Position numbers and translations under genes: made by a program | The notes under the pieces: model-generated | What the model was told of the DNA's origin: nothing | Database searches by the model: none | The model's input: the letters and a program-made list of their open reading frames with translations, nothing else | Shown here: positions 20,297 through 30,187 of the stretch, one piece after another | How the letters are laid out: every line of letters begins with the position of its first letter | How positions within the stretch are numbered: the stretch's first letter is position 1 | From: Spirochaetia bacterium | GTDB lineage: Bacteria; Spirochaetota; Spirochaetia; CAKZLE01 | Reading direction: 5' to 3' | Length of the DNA: 64,000 nt | NCBI GenBank assembly: GCA_963677595.1 | Contig: OY782041.1 | Coordinates: 864,001-928,000 of the forward strand

Positions 20297-23200
20297 CGTT
20301 CATCCTCCTCTTCACGCAGGTACCATATCCTGCCGCGGGCCGGTTTTCCCGTATAGCGCGAATACGCAGCTGCATACTGCTGCAGCTGGTACTGGTGGGC
20401 CTGGGGATACCGCACCGAATCTGTCTTGAAATCTATGATGGAGACCTCCCGCGGGGTCTCGATCACCAGGTCTATGACACCCCGGAGCAGTTCTCCCTCA
20501 TCTCCCTGCATCATGAAGGGGACTTCGGACTCGATCACGGCATCCCCTTCTGACCTGCAGGCAGTGAGGAACCTGGATGCGAGAAATCGTCCGGTCAGCA
20601 GGCGGGCATCCTCCTTGAGGGTCGCCTGCTGGGCAGGTGAGAGTTCCCCCAGCTCCCCGGGAAGGGATACCTCTTCATCCACTCCTGTCATGGCAGCCTC
20701 GATCAGGGCATGGCAGTAGGTGCCGAAGGCAGGGACTGCATCCCCGGAAAGGAACCGGTCAGAGGCAATTCTCTGCAGCCGTACCCCGTCACCACTGGTG
20801 TGCTCCAGCTCCCGGGCCTTCTCGGTGATCCCGAAGGTCCTCTGGTGTTCTGTATAGATGATCTGCCCAGCCTCGGTGTAGAGGCCTGCTGTCCGGCCCG
20901 ACTCATAGGCAGAAGCCCTCCCGCTTCGCATCTGCAGGACCTCACGCTCGGTCAGGCTGTCGAGGGACCTCAACTCGACCTCGACGTGCGAACTACTCTG
21001 CGGCAGTTCAAGGGTGGCCTGCCCTGCTGTCGGGTCACCCCGATCGAGGGAGAACCCGTCAAGGGCCAGGTCCAGGAGGTTGCGGGGTACCGATGGGTCA
21101 GCCTGCTTCCCCGGAGCCTTCCAGCAGCCCGAGAGATAGAGGTGGCCCTCCGCCCTCGTCATGGCCACATAGAGCAGCCGCTTCAGCTCGGCTGCGGCGA
21201 CCTGTTTCCTCAGCTCCTTGTCACGAAGGAAGAAGTAATCACCCCCCTTCGGGGTCTTCTCCGCACAGGTGATCACCGGAGCGGAGAATTCCGAAACCAG
21301 GGAGAGGACCTCCTCGGTATCACTCATGCCCTTGTTCCCCATATTGACCACGAAGACCACCGGGAACTCCAGCCCCTTGGACTTGTGGATGGTCAGGAGC
21401 TTCACGCCGCTGTTGTCGGTTTTGAGCAGTTCGATATCGGGGACCTTATCGCTGCTGCCGAGGTGGACCCTGATGCCGTCAAGGAACTCGGCAAGGGACT
21501 CTCCCTTACGATCTGACTGCAGGGCGAGCTCACGGGCGTACTCGAAGTACTCCAGGTACCGGTGGTTCTGGGTATGGTTCATGAGGAAATACCGGTAACC
21601 GCCCTCATACCAGAGGTACTCGACGAGCTCAGCCTTGCCCGCGGTACCGGCAAGGGCAAGCAGCCCTTCATAGAGCTCCCTGGCACTGCAGTACCGCTCC
21701 CAGGCAGGGTCCCCATCCCCAAAGAGATCGTCGAAGGAGGGGGCGAAGGAATGGAAGTCTTTCGCCCCGGAGAGCATCCTGAAGAGCAGGTCATCATCAA
21801 GGTGCACGAAGGGTGAGCGCATCAGGGCAGCGAAGGCATGCCGGTCGGTCGGGTAGACGATGAGCTGCAGCAGCTGGTAGATATCATTCAGCGGGGCTTC
21901 GAGGAAGAGTGCCCGCACAGTCTGTGCATTGAACGGGATGTTCAACCCCCTGAGTGCCTTCTCGAACCGCATCTGGTTCGAGAGACTCCTCATGAGGATC
22001 GCTATGTCATCATAGCGCACCGGGCGGACCTCACCGGAGGCCCCGTCGAAGACCGTTTTCGTCCCGTCAGACACGATCCGCCTGATCTCCCTCGCGACAT
22101 GCCAGGCCTCTATATCGGTATCGTGGAGAGGTGCGTCCTCTGAGATGAGGGAGTCATCGATCAGCCCGTCCTCACCGTCGCTCTTCTCTTTATCAGTCCC
22201 TTCCCTGATGAGCAGGGAGATCCCGGGATGGATCCCCTCCCTCGGTCCCCGGTAGGAGAGCGGCTCGAACTCTGCTTCGAAATCTGCCTGGGCATCTCCC
22301 ATGATGTTCTCGAAGATGAGGTTGAAACTCTCGATGAGTCCCGGTTCGCTCCGGTAGTTGGTATCGAGGGAGAGGGAGCTGCCGCCCATGCGGGAGATCT
22401 CTGAGGAGAGATGCTTGAAGACGCTGACATCCGCCCCGCGGAACCGGTAGATCGACTGCTTCTCGTCCCCGACGAAGAAGAGCTTCCCCTCAGAGAGCTC
22501 CTCTGCTGCCGGGATGCCCTCTGCATGGCAATCCTCCCGCTCCGAGAGCAGGTAAAGCAGCTGCCGCTGCAGGTCGTTGTTATCCTGGAACTCATCGATC
22601 ATGATGTGTGAGAATCGCTTCTTGTAGTAGTCCCTCAGCGGGAGGTTGACCGTCAGGATGTCCACTGCCATCTGTGCGATGTCGGCGAAGGAGAGCAGTC
22701 CTGCTGAGCGTTTCCTCGCCATGAATTCATCCTGGAACCGCCCGATGAGTGTATAGCAGGCTGCTGCCTGCTCCTCGTGGATGAGGAGGTTCAGCAGCAC
22801 CAGGTACGTTGGCAGGATGGTCTCCTTCACCTCGCCGATGAGCTCGTTGAGCATCGGCAGGTCCGGGTTCTTTGCCGAAGGCTTCGCCCCGGACTTGCGG
22901 GGCAGCGGCAGGGAACTGACGGCCTCATACAGCAAAGGAAAGTCATCGGTCTCATCGATGAGCCTCCTCACCTCAGTGGAGAATGCCCAGGCCTTTTCGA
23001 AGGTCGCACCCTTGCCGTTCAGCTCTGAGATCATACTGCAGCGCGAGATGAGGGTATCTTCGAGGATCCGGTACTCCCTGTGGTAGAACCCGTACTGTTC
23101 AGCACAGGCAGCCGGGTAGTCATGGGTCCTCGATGGGCACATGTGGTAGAGGGCAATCGGGACGAGGAGGTGCTCATAGACCCCGGTGAAGGAGTGGAGT

Positions 23201-23670
23201 GCGAGCAGGTGCTGCATGGCAGGGTCCTGCAGCTCCGCATGGATGAAGGAGAGGGCTGATGCCCCTGCCATCTCCCGGAGCGCCTCCTCATCCTGGAGGA
23301 AGGAGGCAGCATAACCGTATCGCCGGCAGTCGCTCCGGACGACCTGGGTGCAGAAACTGTCGAGTGTCGAGATCTGCGCCCGTTCGAGCAGGGGCAGGTT
23401 CTTCGCCACCACGGGGTCATCCCGGTGGGAGATGAGCATGCTGTGGATCCGCTCATACATCTCGGCAGCAGCCTTCCTCGTGAAGGTCAGCGTCAGGATC
23501 GAGTCCACCGTCGCCTTCTCCTCCATGACAAGGCGGAGGAAGCGGTAGGAGAGCACGGTGGTCTTGCCCGACCCGGCCCCCGCTGAGACGACGGTATTCC
23601 GGTCACTGAAGACAGCCTCCCGCTGGCGGGAGTCGAGTCCTTTCTGCTCTAGTATCTCGGCTATGTTCAT
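20284..23670 (-). CDS. addA: AddA-like UvrD helicase/PD-(D/E)XK nuclease
   Basis: AGAGSGKT, TFTRKAA, DEFQD, VGDEKQSIYRFRGAD, TIHKSKGLEF, YVAMTRA, C-terminal GVIDL..IIDFKT. Confidence 0.9.
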   Translation of the reverse strand: MNIAEILEQKGLDSRQREAVFSDRNTVVSAGAGSGKTTVLSYRFLRLVMEEKATVDSILTLTFTRKAAAEMYERIHSMLISHRDDPVVAKNLPLLERAQISTLDSFCTQVVRSDCRRYGYAASFLQDEEALREMAGASALSFIHAELQDPAMQHLLALHSFTGVYEHLLVPIALYHMCPSRTHDYPAACAEQYGFYHREYRILEDTLISRCSMISELNGKGATFEKAWAFSTEVRRLIDETDDFPLLYEAVSSLPLPRKSGAKPSAKNPDLPMLNELIGEVKETILPTYLVLLNLLIHEEQAAACYTLIGRFQDEFMARKRSAGLLSFADIAQMAVDILTVNLPLRDYYKKRFSHIMIDEFQDNNDLQRQLLYLLSEREDCHAEGIPAAEELSEGKLFFVGDEKQSIYRFRGADVSVFKHLSSEISRMGGSSLSLDTNYRSEPGLIESFNLIFENIMGDAQADFEAEFEPLSYRGPREGIHPGISLLIREGTDKEKSDGEDGLIDDSLISEDAPLHDTDIEAWHVAREIRRIVSDGTKTVFDGASGEVRPVRYDDIAILMRSLSNQMRFEKALRGLNIPFNAQTVRALFLEAPLNDIYQLLQLIVYPTDRHAFAALMRSPFVHLDDDLLFRMLSGAKDFHSFAPSFDDLFGDGDPAWERYCSARELYEGLLALAGTAGKAELVEYLWYEGGYRYFLMNHTQNHRYLEYFEYARELALQSDRKGESLAEFLDGIRVHLGSSDKVPDIELLKTDNSGVKLLTIHKSKGLEFPVVFVVNMGNKGMSDTEEVLSLVSEFSAPVITCAEKTPKGGDYFFLRDKELRKQVAAAELKRLLYVAMTRAEGHLYLSGCWKAPGKQADPSVPRNLLDLALDGFSLDRGDPTAGQATLELPQSSSHVEVELRSLDSLTEREVLQMRSGRASAYESGRTAGLYTEAGQIIYTEHQRTFGITEKARELEHTSGDGVRLQRIASDRFLSGDAVPAFGTYCHALIEAAMTGVDEEVSLPGELGELSPAQQATLKEDARLLTGRFLASRFLTACRSEGDAVIESEVPFMMQGDEGELLRGVIDLVIETPREVSIIDFKTDSVRYPQAHQYQLQQYAAAYSRYTGKPARGRIWYLREEEDERWDL

Positions 23671-26381
23671 CGTATGGAGAACCTTCCTCTGCAGATATCG
23701 CGGAAACGGCATTGCTGGCAGTGTTTCGGGGGAATCGAATCGATCCGGTAGTCGGCTGAGCCGATCCGGTCCACCATCACGCCTATCTCCTCGAGCATCT
23801 GGTCGATCACCTGCTCGAACCGCTCCCGGTCAATGAGGACATCCCTCCACGCATAGGGGAGGATGCTCACGTACTTCTCTTTCGTCACATCATAGTAGAG
23901 CGCGTTCACCACCTCTGTCGTTCCCGGGTCCTCCTGCTCGGCAAGGTAGGTGTAGAACGGCAGCTGGTAGGAATTCGGCGGGCCTGCGCCCTCAGCGAAG
24001 CTATTCGGCTTCACCCGGCAGTTCTTCTTGTAATCGATGATGGCAGTCTCCCGTCCCGGGAGCCTCCTGCTGACCCGGTCCTCCTGCCCCTCAAGGGTGT
24101 AGTCCCCCTCGTCAGGGGTGTAGGAGAGGCGGGTCTCGAGCTGATGCAGCGAGAAACCAGGGAGCGTCTCGAGTTCCCACTGAAGGAGGGATGGGAGCTT
24201 TTCATGGAGCAGACGAGCGATCTCCGGCACGACGGCAGGAGAGACCGCCTCACGCGTCTTCATATAGGCTGAGATCACCTCCTCGATGATCCCGTGGAGA
24301 CGTTCCTCAGCTTCATCAAGGGATCCTTCGGTCAGCAGCCCATCCCGCTCTTCGGAGAGCCACCGGAAGAACTGCTCACAACAGGAATGTATCAGGTTCC
24401 CGACCGCCATGGGGTCGGTGTATGCAGCCTCATAATCTACGTCCTGAATCTTGAGCCCGTAGTGCAGGTACCAGCTGAACGGACACTTCACGAACTTATC
24501 GAGGGATGTCGGGGAGACACTCACCCTCCCCCCCTCGGTATGGAATACCCTTCGGAGCGTCTCATACTGCGGTTCCACACTGCCAGCCCTGTTGGTGAGA
24601 TCCCTCCAGCTTCTAGCGAAGACCGTCTTCTCAGCACGCCGGAACCCATTGGCCTGGACCGGATAGAACCGGTGGAATGGTGATGGCTCCCCATCACCGG
24701 CCCAGAGTTCCAGTTCCCGGGTATAGGGATCATTCCCGTAGGCCGGGCCGCTGAAGGACTCGATCATGGAGGAGGCCATGAAGTAGTGGGGGGCGAGCTG
24801 GTCCCCGTCACGGGTCCTCCTGCTGTAGGAGAGGGCGGCAAAGCGGCCTGAACGCTGGTAGACGGTGAGGAAGTCCTCCGTCAGGTCGACCTGCACCGGC
24901 CCGAGGCTCTCACGGTCCCGCTCGGGGAGCATGGAGAAGGGGTCCACGGTCACGACGGCATGGTTCTGGTCCAGGCCGAGTATGAAGTGGTATTCAGGGG
25001 CGATACCCGCTGCTGCACCGTAGGGATAGACTGAGATCCCCCCTGATGAACCCTGCTGGACATACCGCGTATTCTCCATGAGGGTGAGCCAGGAGGCGTA
25101 GACCGGGAACCCCTTCGGCAGGTCGATACGCTCCGTGGCATCCGCGAAATCCTGCAGGGTCCCGATGCAGTAGGAGAGCACGGCACCTCGTTCATCCTCC
25201 GGGGAGAAGGGGTCGAGGAACTCCTTCTGGAACCCCCTCAGTCGTGCGAGGAGCTCTGCGGGGTCTACCGCAGAGGTGATCGAAGTGATCCAGTCCCGCA
25301 GTGAGAGATAGCGGGAGAGCTGCCCGCCCTGCCGGGGGAGCTTCTGCTCCCACACATCGACCGGCCTGCCTGAGGGCCCGGTATAATTCCTGATGCAGGA
25401 CCCCTCGATACCGGCAGCGACCAGCTGCCCGTTAAGCTCCCGGTCCCTCCAGGCATACCCCTGCTCGAGCAGGAGACGCTTCATTGAGACCAGGGAGAAG
25501 GAGTCCTGGACAACATAGCTGATATCGCGGAAGAGGCGGGAGACCGGGTAGTCCGAGAGCCGCTTCCCGCTCCGGAAGTGGATCGGCAGGCCCCGAAGGC
25601 GGGCCTCTGCGGCAAGGTCCTGAGCCATCCCCTCGTAGTCGCAGAGCGTGACCACGATATCTTCGGCAGGAATTCCTTCAGCAAGCAGCGCCTCGATCCT
25701 CCCGACGGTATTGACCACCTCCACCCGCGAGTTCTCGAACCCCATCAGGGGAAGTCCCGGATTCTCGTCATGGACTGAGATCATGGTGATCCGACCTGAT
25801 TCGGAGAGCTGCTCCCCGACCCGGTACATCTCGGTCATGATCTCGGGGAAGACGAGCACGAAGCGGCGGTCGGCCGAGCGGAGATACTCCTCATCAAGGA
25901 TCTCCGGCTCATAGAGCGGCTCGAACAGGTCATGTTCAGCGAGGAATGCATGGTATCGCTGCAGCAGCAGGCTTATATCATGCTGGAAGGCTGGATCGAG
26001 GGTCTCCATGCAGCCCTGCAGGGTCTGCAGGTGCGGGCACAATGCCGTGATGTCACGGGCGAAATGCTGTGAGTCCTCACTGCAGGAGGGCGGGACCAGA
26101 AAGGAGAGGAAGGGGACAGCTGCGTTATCGAGCAGGATGTTCACGGCGAAGACCAGCCGGTAGACACTGTTGGAGGGGGTCCGTTCGTCCTTCCTGGGGA
26201 AGAGGCGTGAGCGGCAGGTGTCCCACGATATGAACCGGTCCTCCCGCATGACGGGGAAGGGGGTACCCTCCATGCTGACGATCCGCTCCAGCCAGGAGCG
26301 TGCCACGGTCTCTGTCGGGAATACGCAGATCGTTCGGGGGTCCCTGAGGGCTTCGATCAGTCTTCGAGATAGTTCTTCCAT
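23667..26381 (-). CDS. addB: AddB-like PD-(D/E)XK nuclease with Fe-S cysteines
   Basis: SPTSLDKFVKCPF, GNLIH, IIDYKK, QLPFY, terminal CQQCRFRDIC; translationally coupled to addA. Confidence 0.82.
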   Translation of the reverse strand: MEELSRRLIEALRDPRTICVFPTETVARSWLERIVSMEGTPFPVMREDRFISWDTCRSRLFPRKDERTPSNSVYRLVFAVNILLDNAAVPFLSFLVPPSCSEDSQHFARDITALCPHLQTLQGCMETLDPAFQHDISLLLQRYHAFLAEHDLFEPLYEPEILDEEYLRSADRRFVLVFPEIMTEMYRVGEQLSESGRITMISVHDENPGLPLMGFENSRVEVVNTVGRIEALLAEGIPAEDIVVTLCDYEGMAQDLAAEARLRGLPIHFRSGKRLSDYPVSRLFRDISYVVQDSFSLVSMKRLLLEQGYAWRDRELNGQLVAAGIEGSCIRNYTGPSGRPVDVWEQKLPRQGGQLSRYLSLRDWITSITSAVDPAELLARLRGFQKEFLDPFSPEDERGAVLSYCIGTLQDFADATERIDLPKGFPVYASWLTLMENTRYVQQGSSGGISVYPYGAAAGIAPEYHFILGLDQNHAVVTVDPFSMLPERDRESLGPVQVDLTEDFLTVYQRSGRFAALSYSRRTRDGDQLAPHYFMASSMIESFSGPAYGNDPYTRELELWAGDGEPSPFHRFYPVQANGFRRAEKTVFARSWRDLTNRAGSVEPQYETLRRVFHTEGGRVSVSPTSLDKFVKCPFSWYLHYGLKIQDVDYEAAYTDPMAVGNLIHSCCEQFFRWLSEERDGLLTEGSLDEAEERLHGIIEEVISAYMKTREAVSPAVVPEIARLLHEKLPSLLQWELETLPGFSLHQLETRLSYTPDEGDYTLEGQEDRVSRRLPGRETAIIDYKKNCRVKPNSFAEGAGPPNSYQLPFYTYLAEQEDPGTTEVVNALYYDVTKEKYVSILPYAWRDVLIDRERFEQVIDQMLEEIGVMVDRIGSADYRIDSIPPKHCQQCRFRDICRGRFSIR

Positions 26382-27352
26382 ACACCTTTCGTGAGACTGA
26401 GATAGTACCGGTAGTACCGGTTCGCGGCGTCGATATCCTGCTCGATGAACCGGCAGTAGTCTCCGACGAGCTTGAATATCACATAGCACTTCGGGGAGTA
26501 GTGCTTGGGGTTTCCCCTGACTTTCTTCACCTGCTTCTGCAGCAGGGTGAAGGCCGCGTTGTTGTTCCCCGTCTGGAACCAGAGTTTCACCAGCTCGATG
26601 GAGCAGAGCACCTCATTGTTGTCCAGGCCATGGTTCTGGTCATACTGCAGCAGGGCCTTCATCAGCTTCTCGGCCTGGGAGCCCCTGTTCATCTTCAATT
26701 CCAGGGTCGCAAGCGTCAGGGTGGCAGTCGCGTACATTTCGTAGTTGTTCTCTTTCTCCGCATACCTGATCGCCTCGATGCAGCTGACCCTCGACTGCAC
26801 GATATCCTTCTGCTCCTCGTAGAGCAGTGCCGCGATATGGTAGATCCGACTCCTCGGTTCCTCGAGGTTCCAGCGCTCCACGACGGTGATCGCCTGCTTG
26901 ATGTAGTTGAGGGCAGTCTCGAAGGTCCCGTTCGACTGGTAGATCAGTGCCAGGTTGTAGAGCGGTTTATAGGCAATGGCACTGTTCTTTGATTTCCTCG
27001 CTTCCTGGACCGAGGCGAAGTAGTACGAGATCGCTTTCTTCTTATCCTTGCGCATCTGCCAGACAGCCCCGCGGGCATTGAGCACGGAGGACATCTGTTC
27101 ATGGTTCTCACGGAACTTGAACACTTTATAGGACTCATCGAACATGCGGTCTGCCAGGTCGAGCTGCTTCAGCCCAAGATATGCCTTCCCCATATATTCA
27201 AGCGCTGCACCGTAGAGTTCACGGTCGCCTGACGCCTGGGCCTGAGAAAGAAGATCCTTGCTCCCGGCTAAAGCCATCTCAGGGTTCTCTTTCAGGTCTC
27301 GTTCTATATGGAAGCGCAGCATGCGCTCCTGCGACATATCTAAGTCCTGCAT
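26357..27352 (-). CDS. Tetratricopeptide-repeat protein
   Basis: Repeated TPR-like helices (YMGKAY, NARGAVW, YNLALIY); TATACT lies 6 nt upstream of the ATG. Confidence 0.75.
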   Translation of the reverse strand: MQDLDMSQERMLRFHIERDLKENPEMALAGSKDLLSQAQASGDRELYGAALEYMGKAYLGLKQLDLADRMFDESYKVFKFRENHEQMSSVLNARGAVWQMRKDKKKAISYYFASVQEARKSKNSAIAYKPLYNLALIYQSNGTFETALNYIKQAITVVERWNLEEPRSRIYHIAALLYEEQKDIVQSRVSCIEAIRYAEKENNYEMYATATLTLATLELKMNRGSQAEKLMKALLQYDQNHGLDNNEVLCSIELVKLWFQTGNNNAAFTLLQKQVKKVRGNPKHYSPKCYVIFKLVGDYCRFIEQDIDAANRYYRYYLSLTKGVWKNYLED

Positions 27353-27473
27353 GGGTAAAGTATACAATCAATGCAGGATTAACACAATAAGAACAGGACA
27401 AATGCCCAATACCCCCATTCTCCACAGCTGTTCCCTGTGGACTAACGGGCAGGATCATATCATAATGGTTGGT

Positions 27474-28292
27474 ATGCAGCAGCGACAGCCGTTTCTTATG
27501 GGAGCCCTCATCATCATCGCAGCCTGGTGGGTCGGGGGTGCAGCCTGTGTACGACTCTTCTCACAGCTCCTCCCTGACACCCTCACAGGCAGGTACCTCA
27601 GCCTGAACAGCTCGTTCATCCCCTTCATCATCGCCCTGGTCCTAGTCATCAGGAAGCTCCTCTCCATGGACTGGGGAGAGTTCGTCGCAGATGGGAAACG
27701 GATGACTATAGGATGGCCCCTGCTCATCTTCCTCCTCTGGCTGCTGGTCTTCTCCCTGTCGACCTTCCTCGAGTACCGTCTGGACCCGGGCCGCTTCACC
27801 AGGGGGGCAGCCCTCCCCGACTGGGCACGGTTCCTCCCGATCCTCCTCTTAGTCACCCCGCTCCAGACCGCCGCAGAGGAGCTCCTCTTCAGGGCCTACC
27901 TCGCACGGTGGATGCAGCAGGCGAGGATCCACCGGGCACTGATCATCCTCTTCTCAGGGCTGCTCTTCCTCTCAGTACACCTGCTCAACCCCGAGATCTC
28001 CCGGTATGGGGATACCCTCTGGATCTATCTCTACTACCTGCTCTTCGGCTCATCGATGATGGCGATCGCCCTCGCAGAGGGGAGCTTCCTCCTCCCGATA
28101 GTCATCCATACGGCAAACAACCTCTTCTCCATAGCGATCGTCAACTATGAGGGGACCGTCCTTGCCGCCCCCTCCCTCTTCATCGACACAGTTCCCGACC
28201 CGATGGTCTCCTGCATCACCTTGAGTATCGGGGTCCTTGCGACCTTCGGCATCCTGAAACTCAGGATTGACAGAAGCGCCTCTTTACCGTAG
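27474..28292 (+). CDS. CPBP/Abi (CAAX protease-like) intramembrane metalloprotease
   Basis: QTAAEELLFRAYL, FLSVHLLNPE, HTANN motifs; multiple TM segments. Confidence 0.88.
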   Translation: MQQRQPFLMGALIIIAAWWVGGAACVRLFSQLLPDTLTGRYLSLNSSFIPFIIALVLVIRKLLSMDWGEFVADGKRMTIGWPLLIFLLWLLVFSLSTFLEYRLDPGRFTRGAALPDWARFLPILLLVTPLQTAAEELLFRAYLARWMQQARIHRALIILFSGLLFLSVHLLNPEISRYGDTLWIYLYYLLFGSSMMAIALAEGSFLLPIVIHTANNLFSIAIVNYEGTVLAAPSLFIDTVPDPMVSCITLSIGVLATFGILKLRIDRSASLP

Positions 28293-28315
28293 ATTTGCTC
28301 TTGTACGAGGTGTAT

Positions 28316-29008
28316 ATGTCCAGAAAGAATGATCTCTTAGAGGGTATGAGGGCAGGCCTGCCCATCTGCATAGGGTATTTCCCGGCAGCTATCGCCTTCG
28401 GCCTGGTGGCCAAGGACGCAGGGCTCCTCTTCGGGGAGGCTGCCTTATTCTCCATCACCAACTTCGCCGGTGCAAGCCAGTTCTTCGCGGTGAACCTCAT
28501 CGCGACCGGTGCCCTGATCTCTGAGGTAGCGATCGGTGTCCTGCTCGTCAACCTGCGATACCTGCTCATGAGCGCATCCCTCGCACCCAAGATACCAGAG
28601 AAGAACCCGGCCATCCGTGCCATGATCGCCTTCGGCAATACCGACGAGGTGTTCTCGGTGGCCTCCACCCGTAAGGGGCTGGTATCCAATGCCTATATGT
28701 ACGGGATCGAGACGATCTCCTGGGCTGGCTGGGTCAGCGGCACGATCACCGGCTACCTGGTGGGATCGGTCCTGCCTGCATCCATCCAGAACAGTGTCGC
28801 GATCACCCTCTACGCAATGTTCACCGCCCTGCTCACCGCTGAGGTGAAGCGGGAATACCGCTACCTGCTCATTGCAGGGCTGGCTGCCGTGCTCAACTCG
28901 CTAGCTGTCATCTATCTTGGACTCTCCACGGGCTGGGCATTCGCCTGCTCCATGACCATAGCGGCCCTCTTCGGAAGTCTTTTCATTAAGGAGGAAGCCC
29001 ATGAGTAA
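28316..29008 (+). CDS. azlC: AzlC-family branched-chain amino acid exporter
   Basis: LPICIGYFP, FAGASQF, VNLRYLLMS, TDEVF. Confidence 0.9.
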   Translation: MSRKNDLLEGMRAGLPICIGYFPAAIAFGLVAKDAGLLFGEAALFSITNFAGASQFFAVNLIATGALISEVAIGVLLVNLRYLLMSASLAPKIPEKNPAIRAMIAFGNTDEVFSVASTRKGLVSNAYMYGIETISWAGWVSGTITGYLVGSVLPASIQNSVAITLYAMFTALLTAEVKREYRYLLIAGLAAVLNSLAVIYLGLSTGWAFACSMTIAALFGSLFIKEEAHE

Positions 29009-29309
29009 GGAGATGCTTCCCTATATCCTGGTATCGGCTGTGGTGACCTTCACCCCGAGGCTCATCCCCTTCCTCATGAAGGGGCTCGACAGGCTCCCCT
29101 CCCCTGTGGCAAGGTTCCTCAAGCTGCTGCCGATCGCAGCCCTCGGGGCACTGATCTTCCCGGGAGTCCTGCTCGACTTCCAGCCGACGGTGATCGCCGG
29201 GATCTGCGGGATCGCAGCAGCGGCCCTGATCGCCTGGTTCAGGGGCGGCATGATCCTGCCGATCCTCATCAGCATCGCGGCGACCTTCACGGTGATGCAG
29301 CTCTTCTAA
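29001..29309 (+). CDS. azlD: AzlD-family small membrane subunit
   Basis: VTFTPRLIPF, LPIAALGALIFP; overlaps azlC. Confidence 0.87.
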   Translation: MSKEMLPYILVSAVVTFTPRLIPFLMKGLDRLPSPVARFLKLLPIAALGALIFPGVLLDFQPTVIAGICGIAAAALIAWFRGGMILPILISIAATFTVMQLF

Positions 29310-30136
29310 AAGATACCGAGCTTGAAGAAGTCATCAAGGAATCGCGCGACCCCATCCTCGGCATTGGAAGGCGCAGCGTAACGGGTCTTTGCCCTGACCT
29401 CATCCTCGGCGTTCGCCATGGCCACCCCAACCTCGGTCAACAGCAGCATCGGGAGGTCGTTATGGCCGTCCCCGAAGGACATCGCCTCTGCAGGGGAGAC
29501 CCCGAGGTCATCGAGCAGCATCGAGAGGGCTGTGCCCTTGCTGATGCTTCCATTCATCATCTCATAATAGAAGGGCAGCGAGTAGCACTGCTGCAGCCGG
29601 TCCCCGAATTCCTCGGCGAGCTTCCCTGCAGCAAGGCTGATCGTCTCCTTGTCATGTGAGATGTACATGAGCTTCGTCAGTTCGAGTGAGTCATAGGTGT
29701 CGAAGTCCACGACCTTCCCCTCGAACCCGATATGGTTCTGGTAGTTCTCGATCTCCGGCGTCGTCCGCTCATAGAGCAGCCCCTCATGGCGGAACCCGTG
29801 GAGTGCGAGCTCATAGGCTCTGCCGTACTCGATGATCCGCCGTGCGACATCCTCATCGAGGAGAACCTCATGGGTAGCCTTGCCCGTCATGCCGTCAAAG
29901 ACTGCTGCACCGTTATAGTTGATCGAGGGAGAATGGATCCCAAGCTGCACCTGGAGCGGGCGCATCGCCCGATAGCTCCTCCCCGTGGCGAGGACCAGCG
30001 CGATGTCTCGTGCCTTCAGGGCCTCGATGGCCTCGATCGTCTTCGGGGTGATCTGCTTCTTGGGGTCAAGCAGGGTTCCGTCGAAATCGAAGGCGATCGC
30101 CTTGATGTCGATGGTGGAGCAGTCGGTATGTATCAT
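29306..30136 (-). CDS. Cof-type HAD-IIB hydrolase
   Basis: AFDFDGTLL, ATGR, SKG, FGDGHNDLPM, NAEDGVA. Confidence 0.92.
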   Translation of the reverse strand: MIHTDCSTIDIKAIAFDFDGTLLDPKKQITPKTIEAIEALKARDIALVLATGRSYRAMRPLQVQLGIHSPSINYNGAAVFDGMTGKATHEVLLDEDVARRIIEYGRAYELALHGFRHEGLLYERTTPEIENYQNHIGFEGKVVDFDTYDSLELTKLMYISHDKETISLAAGKLAEEFGDRLQQCYSLPFYYEMMNGSISKGTALSMLLDDLGVSPAEAMSFGDGHNDLPMLLLTEVGVAMANAEDEVRAKTRYAAPSNAEDGVARFLDDFFKLGIF

Positions 30137-30187
30137 GGTATAGCCTCCCGGGAAGGTTCCTTCCCGGGAGAACTCTACCACTAATCC

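Noticed and set aside
20284-26381. Helicase-nuclease pair as a novel defence system
   Set aside because: Motifs, Fe-S cysteines, gene coupling and host-like codon usage fit housekeeping AddAB.
27418-27445. DnaA-box-like words (TTCTCCACA and inverted TGTGGACTA; another near 15105)
   Set aside because: They are isolated and mismatched, with no cluster, unwinding element or dnaA context.
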